Source: a bacterium (GTDB taxonomy: Bacteria; Bacillota; DTU030; JBMNJR01). From it: a stretch of 64,000 bases of DNA. Both the position numbers and the translations under genes were made by a program. This document shows, in pieces, positions 18,964 through 29,404 of the stretch. Under the pieces are notes generated by a model. That model did no database searches. It was not told where the DNA came from and was given only the letters and a program-made list of their open reading frames with translations. Each line of letters opens with the position of its first letter. Positions within the stretch are counted from its first letter, which is position 1. Location of the stretch: NCBI GenBank assembly GCA_050951765.1, contig JBMNJR010000003.1, positions 188-64,187 on the forward strand, in the 5' to 3' direction.

Positions 18964-19332
18964 TTATTGTAAGTCAGGACGAAGTTTTTGCGCATTATTT
19001 AAATATATATGATGTATTTCTGCCTGTTCCTGATCGGTATTAAGCAATATTAATATCCTTATACACTTAGCTAGACTGCCTGGTACTGGAATTTCGGTAG
19101 AGCACAAAAAAGGAATACTCACCCATCCCAATTCACGGGCTGCAGTTGCCGGGAAATTTGCATTTAAATCCGAAGTTACAGTAAAAAAAATAGCGCAAAT
19201 ACTGTCTAATACAATATTATTTTTCTGCACCATATGTTGTAGCAGCTCTTGCGTCGCCTTACTAATTTCATCCTTTGTATTTTCCATTACTGTTGTTGCA
19301 CCCCGTATGCCTCTCATCTGCATTGGCATCAA
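18964..19332 (-). CDS. aroH: Chorismate mutase, AroH class
   Basis: MRGIRGATTV...NNIV...ICAIFFTVT..DL matches the AroH signature. The likely start is MRGIRG. Confidence 0.7.
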   Translation of the reverse strand: MMPMQMRGIRGATTVMENTKDEISKATQELLQHMVQKNNIVLDSICAIFFTVTSDLNANFPATAARELGWVSIPFLCSTEIPVPGSLAKCIRILILLNTDQEQAEIHHIYLNNAQKLRPDLQ

Positions 19333-19365
19333 CCCCTTTATGAATTAACTGACATGTAGCATAAG

Positions 19366-19851
19366 CTAATTTATATTAACCCTTCCAAAACTTTCCACAG
19401 TGCCAAAGGTAGTAACTTCCTGGCCAATTGTGGGGCTTAATACGCCTCGGGAAACAGATTTTATTTTAAATGTAAGGGGACGATTGTAAAAAGATCCATC
19501 AACTGCAATCTCATCATGCCTCTGAACAGTTATTTCCATCTCTGCAGTAGGGAAATTTGTAATCCTATTTCCATTTACTAAAATGTAAGCAGAACGCAAA
19601 AATTCATGCCCCAAAGCCTCAATTTTAATATTTACCGTATCTACTGTATCCTCGGCAACTGCCATTACCGGAATCAGTTCCATATGTTCACCTTTATACA
19701 CTAAATTGTTTAACTTCAATCCCAAGTGAGTATAACTTAATAAAAACTGGATCAAAACTACTGAAACAAAAGTTAACCAGAAAGAAACAATAATTAACCT
19801 TTCTCCCCTGGCAATAAAATCGAATATCTTTCTTTCCCCTACAGAACTCAC
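19366..19851 (-). CDS. Hypothetical membrane-anchored protein: one N-terminal transmembrane helix plus an extracytoplasmic beta-rich domain
   Basis: 161 aa with hydrophobic segment LIIVSFWLTFVSVVLIQFLL. No family recognised. Confidence 0.4.
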   Translation of the reverse strand: MSSVGERKIFDFIARGERLIIVSFWLTFVSVVLIQFLLSYTHLGLKLNNLVYKGEHMELIPVMAVAEDTVDTVNIKIEALGHEFLRSAYILVNGNRITNFPTAEMEITVQRHDEIAVDGSFYNRPLTFKIKSVSRGVLSPTIGQEVTTFGTVESFGRVNIN

Positions 19852-19968
19852 CGCAACCCCTCCTCTTTACCACCAATCAAAGAAACCAAATTTTGCTTAT
19901 ATACTATGTGTAAAGGAAGGGATTTATACCCCACAACCATAAAGCTAGATAGAATTTCCGTTTATCAA

Positions 19969-20424
19969 TTACAACCGTCTCTGTAAATATTGGATAAAAT
20001 TTCGAGTTTCGCTATTTACCTTAAAAAGCAAGCGTTCCAATTCATACCGGCTTAGATTAAATTCATCCGGCTCTAATACTTCTATCTTACGAAATTCTTC
20101 CTTCATAATAAAACGAAGAATTTCTTCTAAAGAATCAGCACGCACAATAACCTCTGCCGGTGCAAAGGCGATCTCAGTTCCCAGCTCCTCATCATAAATA
20201 TGGTAGATTTCAAAGGAAGTATTTGTGTCTTCAATTTGCAGACCTTGTAATGGAACATTCCGTAAAAGGGCTATTTGTTGTTCTCTAGTCTCCTCAGCTA
20301 CTCGCTCCGTATTTTTGGCACCAAAGAGAAAACGGCTTGGTTTGATAACCCCACGATAATCAAAACGCAGCTTAGCTCTAACATGCTTCTGTCCTATTAC
20401 TTCGCCCATACTAATTTCTACCAC
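19969..20424 (-). CDS. Hypothetical protein, 151 aa
   Basis: ORF with reasonable codon usage sitting at the position occupied by ypfA/ypfB-like genes downstream of cmk in Bacilli. No recognisable motif. Confidence 0.4.
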   Translation of the reverse strand: MVEISMGEVIGQKHVRAKLRFDYRGVIKPSRFLFGAKNTERVAEETREQQIALLRNVPLQGLQIEDTNTSFEIYHIYDEELGTEIAFAPAEVIVRADSLEEILRFIMKEEFRKIEVLEPDEFNLSRYELERLLFKVNSETRNFIQYLQRRL

Positions 20425-20516
20425 CTCACTATGCTCGGTTTGCTTGGCGTATTATATTTTATATTATAGCTTAATATTGGAAAATAAGCCAGTTAAAGGC
20501 AAAGGCGCAAAATAAA

Positions 20517-21254
20517 TTATTTGAGCGTGTTCTTCTCCGCAATAGACTGTGCTGCCTGCCGCAACTTTTTTACCTCTTGAGCGGTTAAATGGCGATACTT
20601 ACCTGGTTTAAGATTTCCCATGGTAAGAAAACCCAGACTAGTGCGATATAATCGAAGAACCGGAAAACCAAGTTTTGCACACATACGCCTTATTTGCCGG
20701 TTACGCCCTTCACGAATGGTTAATTCCATTAAGGTATTGCCATTCTGATAACCGATAATGCGTGCTTTAGCCGGCGCTGTCTTCCCGCCATTTAACAACA
20801 CCCCTTGTTCTAAGTGTTGAATAATTTTCCCCGTAGCTTTCCCTTGTAATAAAACTTGATAGGTTTTGGGGAACTGATAGCGAGGGTGTGTCAAAAGCAA
20901 GGTCAAATCACCGTCATTTGTCAGCAATAAAAGTCCCTCACTGTCATAGTCCAACCTGCCAACAGGGTGAATACTGGCAGGGATATCATGCAAATAATCC
21001 ATAACCGTAGGCCTGCCTTGTGGATCAAAGCGAGTAGTAACAACCCCTTGGGGCTTATTAAACAACAGATAGACTTTCTTGTCAGTTATTACTTTTTTCC
21101 CATCAATGCAAATTGCATCTTTATTCTCATCTACTTTCATACCCAATTGCGCCCTTTCTCCATTAACAGTTACCCGCCCTTGCTGGATTAATATTTCCGC
21201 TTTTCGCCGGGAGGCAACTCCAGCCTTCGCCAAATATTTCTGTAACCTGATCAT
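20517..21254 (-). CDS. rluB: rRNA pseudouridine synthase, RsuA/RluB family
   Basis: The N-terminal S4 domain MIRLQKYLAKAGVASRRKAEILI plus a catalytic Asp region (HPVGRLDYDSEGLLLLTNDG). Confidence 0.8.
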   Translation of the reverse strand: MIRLQKYLAKAGVASRRKAEILIQQGRVTVNGERAQLGMKVDENKDAICIDGKKVITDKKVYLLFNKPQGVVTTRFDPQGRPTVMDYLHDIPASIHPVGRLDYDSEGLLLLTNDGDLTLLLTHPRYQFPKTYQVLLQGKATGKIIQHLEQGVLLNGGKTAPAKARIIGYQNGNTLMELTIREGRNRQIRRMCAKLGFPVLRLYRTSLGFLTMGNLKPGKYRHLTAQEVKKLRQAAQSIAEKNTLK

Positions 21255-21343
21255 GAACCTTACCTCTCTTCATGGTAATCAATAATTCACATACCTTATT
21301 TATCTTGCATAAGATACCCTAGAACATACACCCGGCAAGGGAG

Positions 21344-21796
21344 GTGCTTATATTGCAATTGGGCATAGAACTTATGGCTAAAAAAGACTTGATTTTACAA
21401 AATCAAGCTTTTTTTGAAGTATTCATTAGCATCAACGGACAACCTATTGCGGAAACTCTCGGCAGAGATAACTATTTCGCTCCCTTTTCTATTATAAAGG
21501 GAAAAAGGATCAGTGCAACAGGTCGTAAATGTATCCATCGCAATAATAGCAATAAAACCTTTACAAGTGGTCCGGCAGAGCTGGTATTTGTGCCGGAAAT
21601 AATTGCTATTGAGCGAGCTTTGTTCTTTATGAAAAGTTCAGTTGCCTATAAAAAAGAAGAGCTTTTCCATAGATTTTATCTCTGCATACTCACAGGAGAC
21701 AAAAAGCAAACCTTCGAACTGACAAATGAAAATGTTTTTTATGATTGGAGCAATCACGGCAAATTTTTCGTTAACTTAACAAATATCCTCACATAA
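21344..21796 (+). CDS. Hypothetical protein, about 140-150 aa, low-GC orphan
   Basis: One of only two plus-strand genes; GC content about 36%, against about 45% nearby. No recognisable domain. The likely start is MAKKDL. Confidence 0.35.
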   Translation: MLILQLGIELMAKKDLILQNQAFFEVFISINGQPIAETLGRDNYFAPFSIIKGKRISATGRKCIHRNNSNKTFTSGPAELVFVPEIIAIERALFFMKSSVAYKKEELFHRFYLCILTGDKKQTFELTNENVFYDWSNHGKFFVNLTNILT

Positions 21797-21902
21797 ACTG
21801 GGTATAGAGATAAGATATATTATCCGCATTTTTTACCAGAAAAATCATAAAGCTATGTTTATCGGAAACCGTTTTCTTGCCATCTTAATTTTTAACAATA
21901 AA

Positions 21903-21938
21903 AGGCCCATGCTCGCATACTCAGCAAGGGCCTTAATT
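21903..21938. terminator. Stem-loop between the convergent orphan gene and spmB, serving as terminator for spmB
   Basis: AAGGCCC-N18-GGGCCTT. On the minus strand it is followed by TTTATTGTTAAAAATT. Confidence 0.4.
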
Positions 21939-21947
21939 ATGTTTCCA

Positions 21948-22484
21948 TTATTTGAAAACCCACTGACACACAAAATAGGAGGCCAGAAAACCGGTTATGT
22001 CACCAATTAAGCCCACTATAAGTGCGTGACGTATTTTTCTTATACCAACACAGCCGAAATAAACTGTAAGAATATAAAAAGTAGTATCCGTACTGCCTTG
22101 CATAGTAGATACAAGGCGGCCAACAAAAGAATCCGGTCCATAATTATTTAAAATATCAACAACCAAGCCAAAGGCTGCACTACCTGAAAGCGGCCTAATC
22201 AGGGCAACGGGCACTGCTTCCGGTGGAATCCCGCTTAATGCTATTAAGGGTTCCATTATATGCATAACTAAATTAAAAAAGCCTGATAGTCGAAGCAATG
22301 TAATAGCAACTAACATAGCAACCAGATAGGGTATAATTTTAATCGAAGTGATAAAACCTTCCTGCGCACCTTCCACAAAAGACTCATACACCTTCACCCC
22401 CCGCAAATGAGCAAATAATGGAATACCGATAACTAGAAGGGGAATTGCGGTGGCCGATAATAATTCCACTATGGGTATTAACAT
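21948..22484 (-). CDS. spmB: Spore maturation protein B
   Basis: 178-aa polytopic membrane protein immediately downstream of spmA, with nucleoside-transporter/FeoB-gate-like fold segments. Confidence 0.75.
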   Translation of the reverse strand: MLIPIVELLSATAIPLLVIGIPLFAHLRGVKVYESFVEGAQEGFITSIKIIPYLVAMLVAITLLRLSGFFNLVMHIMEPLIALSGIPPEAVPVALIRPLSGSAAFGLVVDILNNYGPDSFVGRLVSTMQGSTDTTFYILTVYFGCVGIRKIRHALIVGLIGDITGFLASYFVCQWVFK

Positions 22485-22499
22485 AATGTTAACTACCTC

Positions 22500-23075
22500 C
22501 TAGCGGTAACGATAATAAGCATCCACCAAGAGCGCAACAAAAGTTGAACAAAAAGTAGCTACAATAGTTGTGCCAACGATTTCAGTAGGGTCCATTGAGC
22601 CGGCTGCACTGCGTGCAGCAATAACCATAGCTGGAATCAATGTAACACTTGATGTATTCAGAGCCAATAAGGTACACATGCTGTTTGTAGCTGTATCAGG
22701 CTCAGGATTTAATTCCTGCAATTGCGACATTGCCTTTAATCCCAAAGGAGTTGCTGCGTTGCCTAAACCTAAAATGTTAGCGCTTAAATTTAATAGAATT
22801 GACCCAATAGCCGGATGATCCCGCGGAACTTCAGGGAAAAGCCATACTACCAAAGGACGAATGCATCTGGCTAAAATACCAATCAGGCCGGCATCTTCTG
22901 CAATACGCATTATCCCTAACCAAAATGTCATAGTTCCGATTAGACCCAAAGACGTCTCAACAGCCAATTGGCTACCTTCCGTAACAGCTTTAGTAGCTAT
23001 TTCCGGATGGCCTCCCCACAGTGATAAGGATACACCGGCCAGCAGAAAAAAAAGCCATATGGTATTGATCATTAC
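22500..23075 (-). CDS. spmA: Spore maturation protein A
   Basis: MINTIWLFFLLAGV... is the SpmA family; paired with spmB as in the Bacillus dacB-spmA-spmB operon. The start was moved to MINTIW. Confidence 0.75.
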   Translation of the reverse strand, partial: VMINTIWLFFLLAGVSLSLWGGHPEIATKAVTEGSQLAVETSLGLIGTMTFWLGIMRIAEDAGLIGILARCIRPLVVWLFPEVPRDHPAIGSILLNLSANILGLGNAATPLGLKAMSQLQELNPEPDTATNSMCTLLALNTSSVTLIPAMVIAARSAAGSMDPTEIVGTTIVATFCSTFVALLVDAYYRYR

Positions 23076-23317
23076 TCTCTCCCTCCTGGTATTAAAAACT
23101 ATATAATCCGACAACAAATTATCACCTTTGCACCTTGGTATTGATCTTCTTCCCTTCACCTTTAACCTATGAAAAATAATAAGAACCTAGAACAACAAAG
23201 ACCCTAGCCAGGTTATGCAACTACCTTATACCCTGCAACAGGCTTATAACTCCTATTACCACAGGATATACGCATAACCAGGTAGGATCTTTATTTGCAT
23301 TATTTTTCAATTACATC

Positions 23318-23719
23318 CTAAATATCTTCAATAATATCACAGGCAAACTCAGTAGCTATTTGGATGGCTTGCTCCCTATCTTCCGGACCCCAAATAGCCC
23401 AACCGCCTTTTAATTCTCCATTTACATATATTTCTGCCCTATCTTCCTTAATAACCATAACCTTACCCCGCCGTTTACCCATAGTTTCCACTTGCCGTTT
23501 AACAACACTTTCCGGATCCATATCCAAGACCCGGAGAGCAATAAAAAGACACGATAATGCATCCTCTAATTCCTTCTTCGCTCTTTCCTCATCACCTCTA
23601 AGCAAAGCCTTAAGAGACTCGGCAACTTCTTCATTCAAGTGACTTAATGCTTGCTTAGGATCCAAGGTTATATAACGACGATTTTCCCAAATAATATCCA
23701 TAGCTTCACGCAATAACAT
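23318..23719 (-). CDS. MazG-like nucleotide pyrophosphohydrolase domain protein with a roughly 50-aa C-terminal extension
   Basis: LNEEVAESLKALLRGDEERAKKELEDALSCLFIALRVLDMDPESVV resembles the MazG/YpjD EExxE...D helical core. Confidence 0.4.
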   Translation of the reverse strand: MLLREAMDIIWENRRYITLDPKQALSHLNEEVAESLKALLRGDEERAKKELEDALSCLFIALRVLDMDPESVVKRQVETMGKRRGKVMVIKEDRAEIYVNGELKGGWAIWGPEDREQAIQIATEFACDIIEDI

Positions 23720-23783
23720 TTGCCGCCGCTCCTTTGCCTTAATTTAATAAATTCTTTCGACAAAGCAGGGCATAATCCCTCTT

Positions 23784-24221
23784 CTATTCTAATGGTTGGT
23801 AACCCAAGGGAGGATGTTTAGTTTTACCAGTATCTTTGTTTTCCCCATTAAACAATATACCTATTTGTTCCAAAAAATGAGGAACTAAATCTATTAATCG
23901 ATCATAAATAGCTCTATTATCCACTGGCAACAAACGAATTTGTCCCTGGCCGACTACTAAAAAAGCCACAGGTTGCACAGACACTCCCGCACCGCTTCCG
24001 CCGGCAAATGGCATACCATTATCTAAACCAACGCCCCGGGAGTCTTGCTGCATATAATCACCACCCCCGGCAGCGAACCCAAAACTAACCCGTGAGATAG
24101 GGATAATAACACTGCCGTCTGGTGTTTCTACAGCATCACCGACGATCGTATTTACATCAACCATTTCCTTGATACTTTCCATAGCAGTCTTCATTAAACC
24201 CTGAATAGGATGCTCGCTCAT
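23784..24221 (-). CDS. ytfJ: Sporulation protein YtfJ / GerW family
   Basis: GDAVETPDGSVIIPISRVSFGFAAGGGDY...GGSGAGVSVQPVAFLVVG is the GerW/YtfJ signature. Confidence 0.7.
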   Translation of the reverse strand: MSEHPIQGLMKTAMESIKEMVDVNTIVGDAVETPDGSVIIPISRVSFGFAAGGGDYMQQDSRGVGLDNGMPFAGGSGAGVSVQPVAFLVVGQGQIRLLPVDNRAIYDRLIDLVPHFLEQIGILFNGENKDTGKTKHPPLGYQPLE

Positions 24222-24945
24222 TTACCCGTCCCCCCTTAATTATATACAAATACCAAATTAAAGCTGCCAAGAACTTGAGCATTTCAATTATAATATAGCC
24301 TGGCAGCATCTCTATTATACTAGTGAAATAAACATCTAAATAAAGATGGTTAAAATCCGGTTTAATAATAATTTTTAGCTTGTCGGTTATTTGCTTAAGA
24401 TAACGAAATAAAAAATGATTGATCAAGCCAAGGCATCCGTAAATTGAACCAACTAATATCCCTGTCTCAGCCGCATCTCCGGTGCCAATTTTCATTTCCA
24501 AGACAAATTTCTTTAGGCTGATACCCTTAATAAATCCAAAAAAATAAGGATAAAATCTATTAATTAACCCCCTTTTTCCCCGCCAAGATTCCAATCGAAC
24601 TCTTATAATCGAGAAGGTTTTTGCTTCCTTTCTTAACCTACGCCTTGTTGAAGGAAACTGCCAGGAAAAACTAATACGGGAATGTATAAATATGAATCTG
24701 ATCCTTTTTTCCCTGCTATCCCAATTAATTTTAACCAAACCGAACAAAATACTAACATTGAGGATGGCTAAGTTTTTACCTTGTTTGTAATAATAAGTTA
24801 ATGCTATTTTAATGGGAGTCAGCAACAATAGGGCAAGAAAAAGAATTAGGCTAATCGCTAATTGACGTACTATTTTCGCCCACCCCTTTTCTTGCCAGCT
24901 TCCAACTATATATACCTTTAGTCTAACCGCCAATAGGAAAAACAT
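24157..24945 (-). CDS. YtfI-like (DUF2953) sporulation membrane protein
   Basis: Membrane ORF immediately upstream of ytfJ, overlapping it by about 30-60 nt, as in the Bacillus ytfI-ytfJ pair. Called on position and size. Confidence 0.4.
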   Translation of the reverse strand: MFFLLAVRLKVYIVGSWQEKGWAKIVRQLAISLILFLALLLLTPIKIALTYYYKQGKNLAILNVSILFGLVKINWDSREKRIRFIFIHSRISFSWQFPSTRRRLRKEAKTFSIIRVRLESWRGKRGLINRFYPYFFGFIKGISLKKFVLEMKIGTGDAAETGILVGSIYGCLGLINHFLFRYLKQITDKLKIIIKPDFNHLYLDVYFTSIIEMLPGYIIIEMLKFLAALIWYLYIIKGGRVNERASYSGFNEDCYGKYQGNG

Positions 24946-25006
24946 ACAAAAAGAGGGAAGTACTTCAAAGCTTCCCTCTCAATCAATATTATTCTATACT
25001 TCAATT

Positions 25007-25501
25007 TTAGGTAATTCCGCCAAATCGTTTAAAACCCAATATAGTCAAAAACTGGTCAGTTGTCCCATAAAGTATCGGCCGACCAGGTGTATCTTTTCTA
25101 CCTTTTTCCTTGATCAAATTCTTTTCAAAAAGGCGATTGAGCACACTGTCTACTCTAACCCCGCGAATGTTTTCGATTTCCTGTTTTGTGATCGGTTGTT
25201 TATAAGCAATAATTGCCAATGTTTCCAAAGCTGCCTGGGATAATGTATTTCTATCCCTTTCTCCTAACAAGCGCTCCACATAAGGCGCATATTCGGGGCG
25301 GGTGCAGATTTGGTAACCACCGGCTACCATGCGCAATTGCAGACCTCGTTCTTCCCGCTCATAATAAGTTTTTAACTTTTCCAGTGCAATGGCAGCTGCT
25401 TCTGGCTCTAAATCTGTGGCAGCGCAAATTTCTGCCAAAGTCAACGGTTCACCGGCAACAAAAAGAAGTACCTCAATCAATGCTTGGGAAATATCTATCA
25501 C
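25007..25501 (-). CDS. scpB: Segregation and condensation protein B
   Basis: MIDISQALIEVLLFVAGEPLTLAEI... winged-helix ScpB; its start overlaps the scpA stop by 4 nt. Confidence 0.85.
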   Translation of the reverse strand: MIDISQALIEVLLFVAGEPLTLAEICAATDLEPEAAAIALEKLKTYYEREERGLQLRMVAGGYQICTRPEYAPYVERLLGERDRNTLSQAALETLAIIAYKQPITKQEIENIRGVRVDSVLNRLFEKNLIKEKGRKDTPGRPILYGTTDQFLTILGFKRFGGIT

Positions 25502-26220
25502 TCCTTCCTGAGTATAATAAATATTTCACCAAATAAACGCCTTTGAAACACCCTGACCTTATCTAAATGGATCAATTCCAAAAGGGCTAAAAAATTACCA
25601 ATAAGTTCAATCCGAGCCATTGTGGAATTAATAAGCTGATTAAATGATACTGCCTCTTTTTTTCCCCTTAGAATAGCCAGTATTTCTTCTACCTTTTTAG
25701 TTATATTTATCTCTTTTATTTCTACATCCAATGCCTTAAATGCAGGATTTGCCTGTAATACTTTTCCCAACGCCCGCGCTAACATCATAACCGATAAACC
25801 CTCTAAAGGGCGACTGTCTGAAGCTTGATTATGTCCTTTAGGCCTTGTAAATATAGTACTTTGTTGATCGATAAGTTCCTGCAGTTCAGTTACTATGTTT
25901 CGATAACGCCTATATTCCAATAGTTGCATAACCAACTCTTCCCGCGGATCTATTTCCGTGTCCGCTTCATCTTTAACCTGCGGGCAAGGTAAGAGCATTT
26001 TAGATTTAATTTCCACGAGCCTGGCAGCCATCAAAAGGAATTCACTAGCAGAATTAATATCCAGTTCTTCCCAGCTTGCTAGATATTCTAAATACTGGCA
26101 TGTTATCCTGGCAATGGGAATATCATAAATATCAATCTCGTCCCGATCCAACAAATGAAAAAGCAGGTCAAAGGGGCCTTGAAAATTTTCCAATTGAATT
26201 TGATAAGACAAAGCCCTCAC
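25498..26220 (-). CDS. scpA: Segregation and condensation protein A (kleisin)
   Basis: FQGPFDLLFHLLDRDEIDIYDIPIARIT is the ScpA N-terminus. Confidence 0.85.
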   Translation of the reverse strand: MRALSYQIQLENFQGPFDLLFHLLDRDEIDIYDIPIARITCQYLEYLASWEELDINSASEFLLMAARLVEIKSKMLLPCPQVKDEADTEIDPREELVMQLLEYRRYRNIVTELQELIDQQSTIFTRPKGHNQASDSRPLEGLSVMMLARALGKVLQANPAFKALDVEIKEINITKKVEEILAILRGKKEAVSFNQLINSTMARIELIGNFLALLELIHLDKVRVFQRRLFGEIFIILRKE

Positions 26221-26228
26221 TCCCGGGC

Positions 26229-27209
26229 CTAGACATTCATTGCCTGGCGCACTTCTGCAATCACTTGGGTAGCGGTTAGCCGCGCACGCTTGGCACCATC
26301 GTTGAGAATTTCCCTAACCAGTTCAGGTCTCTTTTCAAGCTCTTGGCGACGCCGGTAAATAGGTTCCATACGCTGGATAATCAATTGGGCCAACCTTTTT
26401 TTGCACGCAACACAACCAATACTCCCAGTTTGACAATGACCATAAACATCTTCAAGACCAGCAGGTAAAAAAGATTTATAAAACTGGGCAACAGTGCAAA
26501 TCTCCGGGTTACCAGGATCAGTCTTCCTCACTCGCGCCGGGTCGGTTATCATTTGCCGTACTTTTTCCTGAATCAGTTCCGGACTGGCTGACATGGGAAT
26601 ATCATTACCATAACTCTTACTCATTTTGCGGCCATCAATACCAGGCAACAATGGAGTCTTAGTTAAATATGCGTCCGGCTCGGGAAAAATCGGCTGATAG
26701 AGATGATTAAAACGCCTAGCTACTTCCCGCGCAAATTCCAAATGGGGAATTTGATCTTCACCCACAGGAACAGTATCAGCCTTATATGCGAGAATATCAG
26801 CTGCCATCAGCATTGGATAGCCCAAAAAACCATAGGTATGAATATTTCTTTCTTGCAACTGCCGCAACTGATCCTTATATGTTGGCACCCGTTCCAGCCA
26901 GCCGAGGGGCGTGAGCATGGATAAAAGCAGATGTAATTCTGCATGTTCTTTAACCTGGGATTGGACGAAAATAGTGCACTTTTCCGGATCAACCCCTGCA
27001 CTCAGCCAATCCAAGGCAATTCCCTGAATATTGGTTTGCAGTTCCTTTGTATTTTCATAACCGGTAGTGAGAGCATGCCAATCAACAATAGCATAAAAAC
27101 ACTGGTATTCATTTTGTAACTTAATCATATTGACCACAGAACCTAAATAGTTGCCCAAGTGTAAACTGCTGGTAGGACGCATACCATTAAACACTATACC
27201 ACGAACCAT
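26229..27209 (-). CDS. trpS: Tryptophan--tRNA ligase
   Basis: GMRPTSSLHLGNYLG (the HIGH motif) and KMSKS at ...RKMSKSYGN. Confidence 0.9.
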   Translation of the reverse strand: MVRGIVFNGMRPTSSLHLGNYLGSVVNMIKLQNEYQCFYAIVDWHALTTGYENTKELQTNIQGIALDWLSAGVDPEKCTIFVQSQVKEHAELHLLLSMLTPLGWLERVPTYKDQLRQLQERNIHTYGFLGYPMLMAADILAYKADTVPVGEDQIPHLEFAREVARRFNHLYQPIFPEPDAYLTKTPLLPGIDGRKMSKSYGNDIPMSASPELIQEKVRQMITDPARVRKTDPGNPEICTVAQFYKSFLPAGLEDVYGHCQTGSIGCVACKKRLAQLIIQRMEPIYRRRQELEKRPELVREILNDGAKRARLTATQVIAEVRQAMNV

Positions 27210-27232
27210 AATCTAACCTCCCAGAAAAAATA

Positions 27233-28012
27233 CTAAAACAATGAAAGTAATAGCTCTAAGCCACCAAAGACTATCCAATGACTGGCAACGTCTAACAAAG
27301 TTAAACAAAACGTCACTGCAGGATGCAAAATTTTGCCGATAACCCCAAAATATAAGAGCAAAATAAGAAGAATCGGACCATATGTTTCCAATTCGACATA
27401 TGTAGAAACACGGGCTGCCGGAAGTAAACCCATTAGTATTTTGGACCCATCTAAAGGTGGAACAGGTATAAGATTAAAGATAGCAAGATAAAGATTATAA
27501 ATAAATGTCTGATAAAGTATTTGCCGCAAAGGAACAAATAAAACACTAACAAAGAGCAGCTTGGTTTGCTGTAAGCCCAGTAATAAAATAGTTTTTAGTA
27601 ATATTAAAACAAAAAATGCGGTAACTATATTAGCTGCCGGTCCAGCGGCAGAAACTAATATTAAACCTTGCCGCCGATTACGAAAATAAAAGGGATTAAT
27701 AGGAACAGGTTTAGCCCACCCAAAGCGGAAAATCCACAACATTAAAAAACCTATAGGGTCTATGTGGGCTAGGGGATTTAGGGTCAGCCTTCCCGCCACC
27801 TTTGCCGTGGAATCACCCATAGCGTACGCTGCCCTGCCATGAGCGTATTCATGAACTGTAAGCGCTATTAAGAGAGCGACAATGCGAATTAACATCTCTT
27901 GCAAAAATGAAGTAACACCCTGTATATCAAATAAGATCTGTTGAATTGAAACTAGAGTCACCCCCTGAATAAACTTCCAATTGTTTACTGGAAGAAATAT
28001 CATTGCAAACAC
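27233..28012 (-). CDS. Site-2 protease (M50) family zinc metalloprotease
   Basis: The HEYAHG motif in a transmembrane helix plus a downstream LDG motif (PPLDGSKIL). Confidence 0.7.
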   Translation of the reverse strand: MFAMIFLPVNNWKFIQGVTLVSIQQILFDIQGVTSFLQEMLIRIVALLIALTVHEYAHGRAAYAMGDSTAKVAGRLTLNPLAHIDPIGFLMLWIFRFGWAKPVPINPFYFRNRRQGLILVSAAGPAANIVTAFFVLILLKTILLLGLQQTKLLFVSVLFVPLRQILYQTFIYNLYLAIFNLIPVPPLDGSKILMGLLPAARVSTYVELETYGPILLILLLYFGVIGKILHPAVTFCLTLLDVASHWIVFGGLELLLSLF

Positions 28013-28063
28013 AGCAAAATTATACCATAAAGAGCACTAGAAAAAAAGCGCTGCATAGCGCTT

Positions 28064-29404
28064 TTATACTACAAAAGATGTAACCTTCTTTTTTCCCCAC
28101 CCATTGGGAATCTGATCGCAGCGAATCAAATCCTGATAAGTTTCCCGACGAATAATAAGGTGTGCCTGACCGTTGCCCACTAAAATTACAGCGGGACGAG
28201 GCAAACGATTATAATTGTTAGCCATGGAGTATTGGTAAGCTCCACTGGACAAAACAGCCAACAAATCACCGGGAGCCAAGGACGGCAGTGAAATATCCCT
28301 AATTAAAATATCCCCGGATTCACAACATTTACCGGCTATAGTATAGTTTTTAACTGCAGGCAGCTTAGCTTTGTTGGCCACAATCGCTTTATACTCCGCC
28401 TCATAAAGGGCCGGTCGCAAGTTGTCGGACATTCCGCCGTCTACAGATGCATAGGTACGTACACCACGTATTTCTTTTATTGCCCCTACCTGATAGACAG
28501 CAGTACCTACATCACCCACTAAAGACCTGCCCGGTTCAATCAGCAATTTAGGTAAAAGCAGGTTATAATCCCGACAATATTCTCTAATAGCTTGTGCTAA
28601 TCTTTGCACATATTCAGTACATGTAACTGGTGTGTCGTTCTCAGTATACTTTATCCCCAAACCGCCACCCATATTCAGTTCCAATAGTTGATGTTTAGTG
28701 TGTTTTTTAACCTCAGCCATGAATTTAAGCATCCGTTGAGCTGCCAAAACAAAAGAGTCAAGATTAAATATCTGCGATCCTATATGACAATGAATGCCCA
28801 ATAAACTAATTTGGGGCAATTGCAAGGCACGTTCGACAACTGTAAGTGCTGTGCCATCATCCAAAGAAATACCAAATTTTGAATCTGTTTGTCCGGTTTG
28901 AATATAATGATGGGTATGTGCTTCAATCCCCGGCGTTATACGCAATAGAATATTTGCTTTCGACTTTTTACCTTCGGCTAATTTAGCCAGGATTTCCAAC
29001 TCCCACGCATTATCAACAACAATTCTCCCTATCCCACTGGCCAAGGCAAAGTTCAGTTCTTCAACACTTTTGTTGTTTCCGTGAAAACATATGTTTTCCG
29101 GAGGGAAATCGGCAGCTAAAGCGGTAAATAATTCTCCGCCGGAAACAACGTCCAATCCCAAGCCTTCCTGCTCCATTAAACGGCAGATAGCCATTGTGGA
29201 AAAAGCTTTACTGGCATAGAGGATTTGGTAGTCAGGATAAAACTCTCTAAAGGCACGATGATACTCCCTACATTTCTGCCTTAAAGCCATCTCATCAAGT
29301 ATATAAAGGGGCGTTCCATAGGTATTAGCCAATTGGATAACATCGCACTGCCCAATTTGGAGATGGCCGTTAGCATCAATTTGCATTGTCCCCGGTAAAT
29401 TCAC
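28064..29404 (-). CDS. lysA: Diaminopimelate decarboxylase
   Basis: YPDYQILYASKAF (PLP-binding lysine), HCHIGSQI and CESGD motifs. The start is GTG (MNLPG), preceded by AAAGGAG. Confidence 0.9.
   Translation of the reverse strand: MNLPGTMQIDANGHLQIGQCDVIQLANTYGTPLYILDEMALRQKCREYHRAFREFYPDYQILYASKAFSTMAICRLMEQEGLGLDVVSGGELFTALAADFPPENICFHGNNKSVEELNFALASGIGRIVVDNAWELEILAKLAEGKKSKANILLRITPGIEAHTHHYIQTGQTDSKFGISLDDGTALTVVERALQLPQISLLGIHCHIGSQIFNLDSFVLAAQRMLKFMAEVKKHTKHQLLELNMGGGLGIKYTENDTPVTCTEYVQRLAQAIREYCRDYNLLLPKLLIEPGRSLVGDVGTAVYQVGAIKEIRGVRTYASVDGGMSDNLRPALYEAEYKAIVANKAKLPAVKNYTIAGKCCESGDILIRDISLPSLAPGDLLAVLSSGAYQYSMANNYNRLPRPAVILVGNGQAHLIIRRETYQDLIRCDQIPNGWGKKKVTSFVV

Noticed and set aside
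27210-27232. A T-box leader for trpS.
   Set aside because: Only 23 nt separate trpS from the upstream M50 protease gene, so there is no room for the roughly 250-nt T-box. trpS appears to be co-transcribed.
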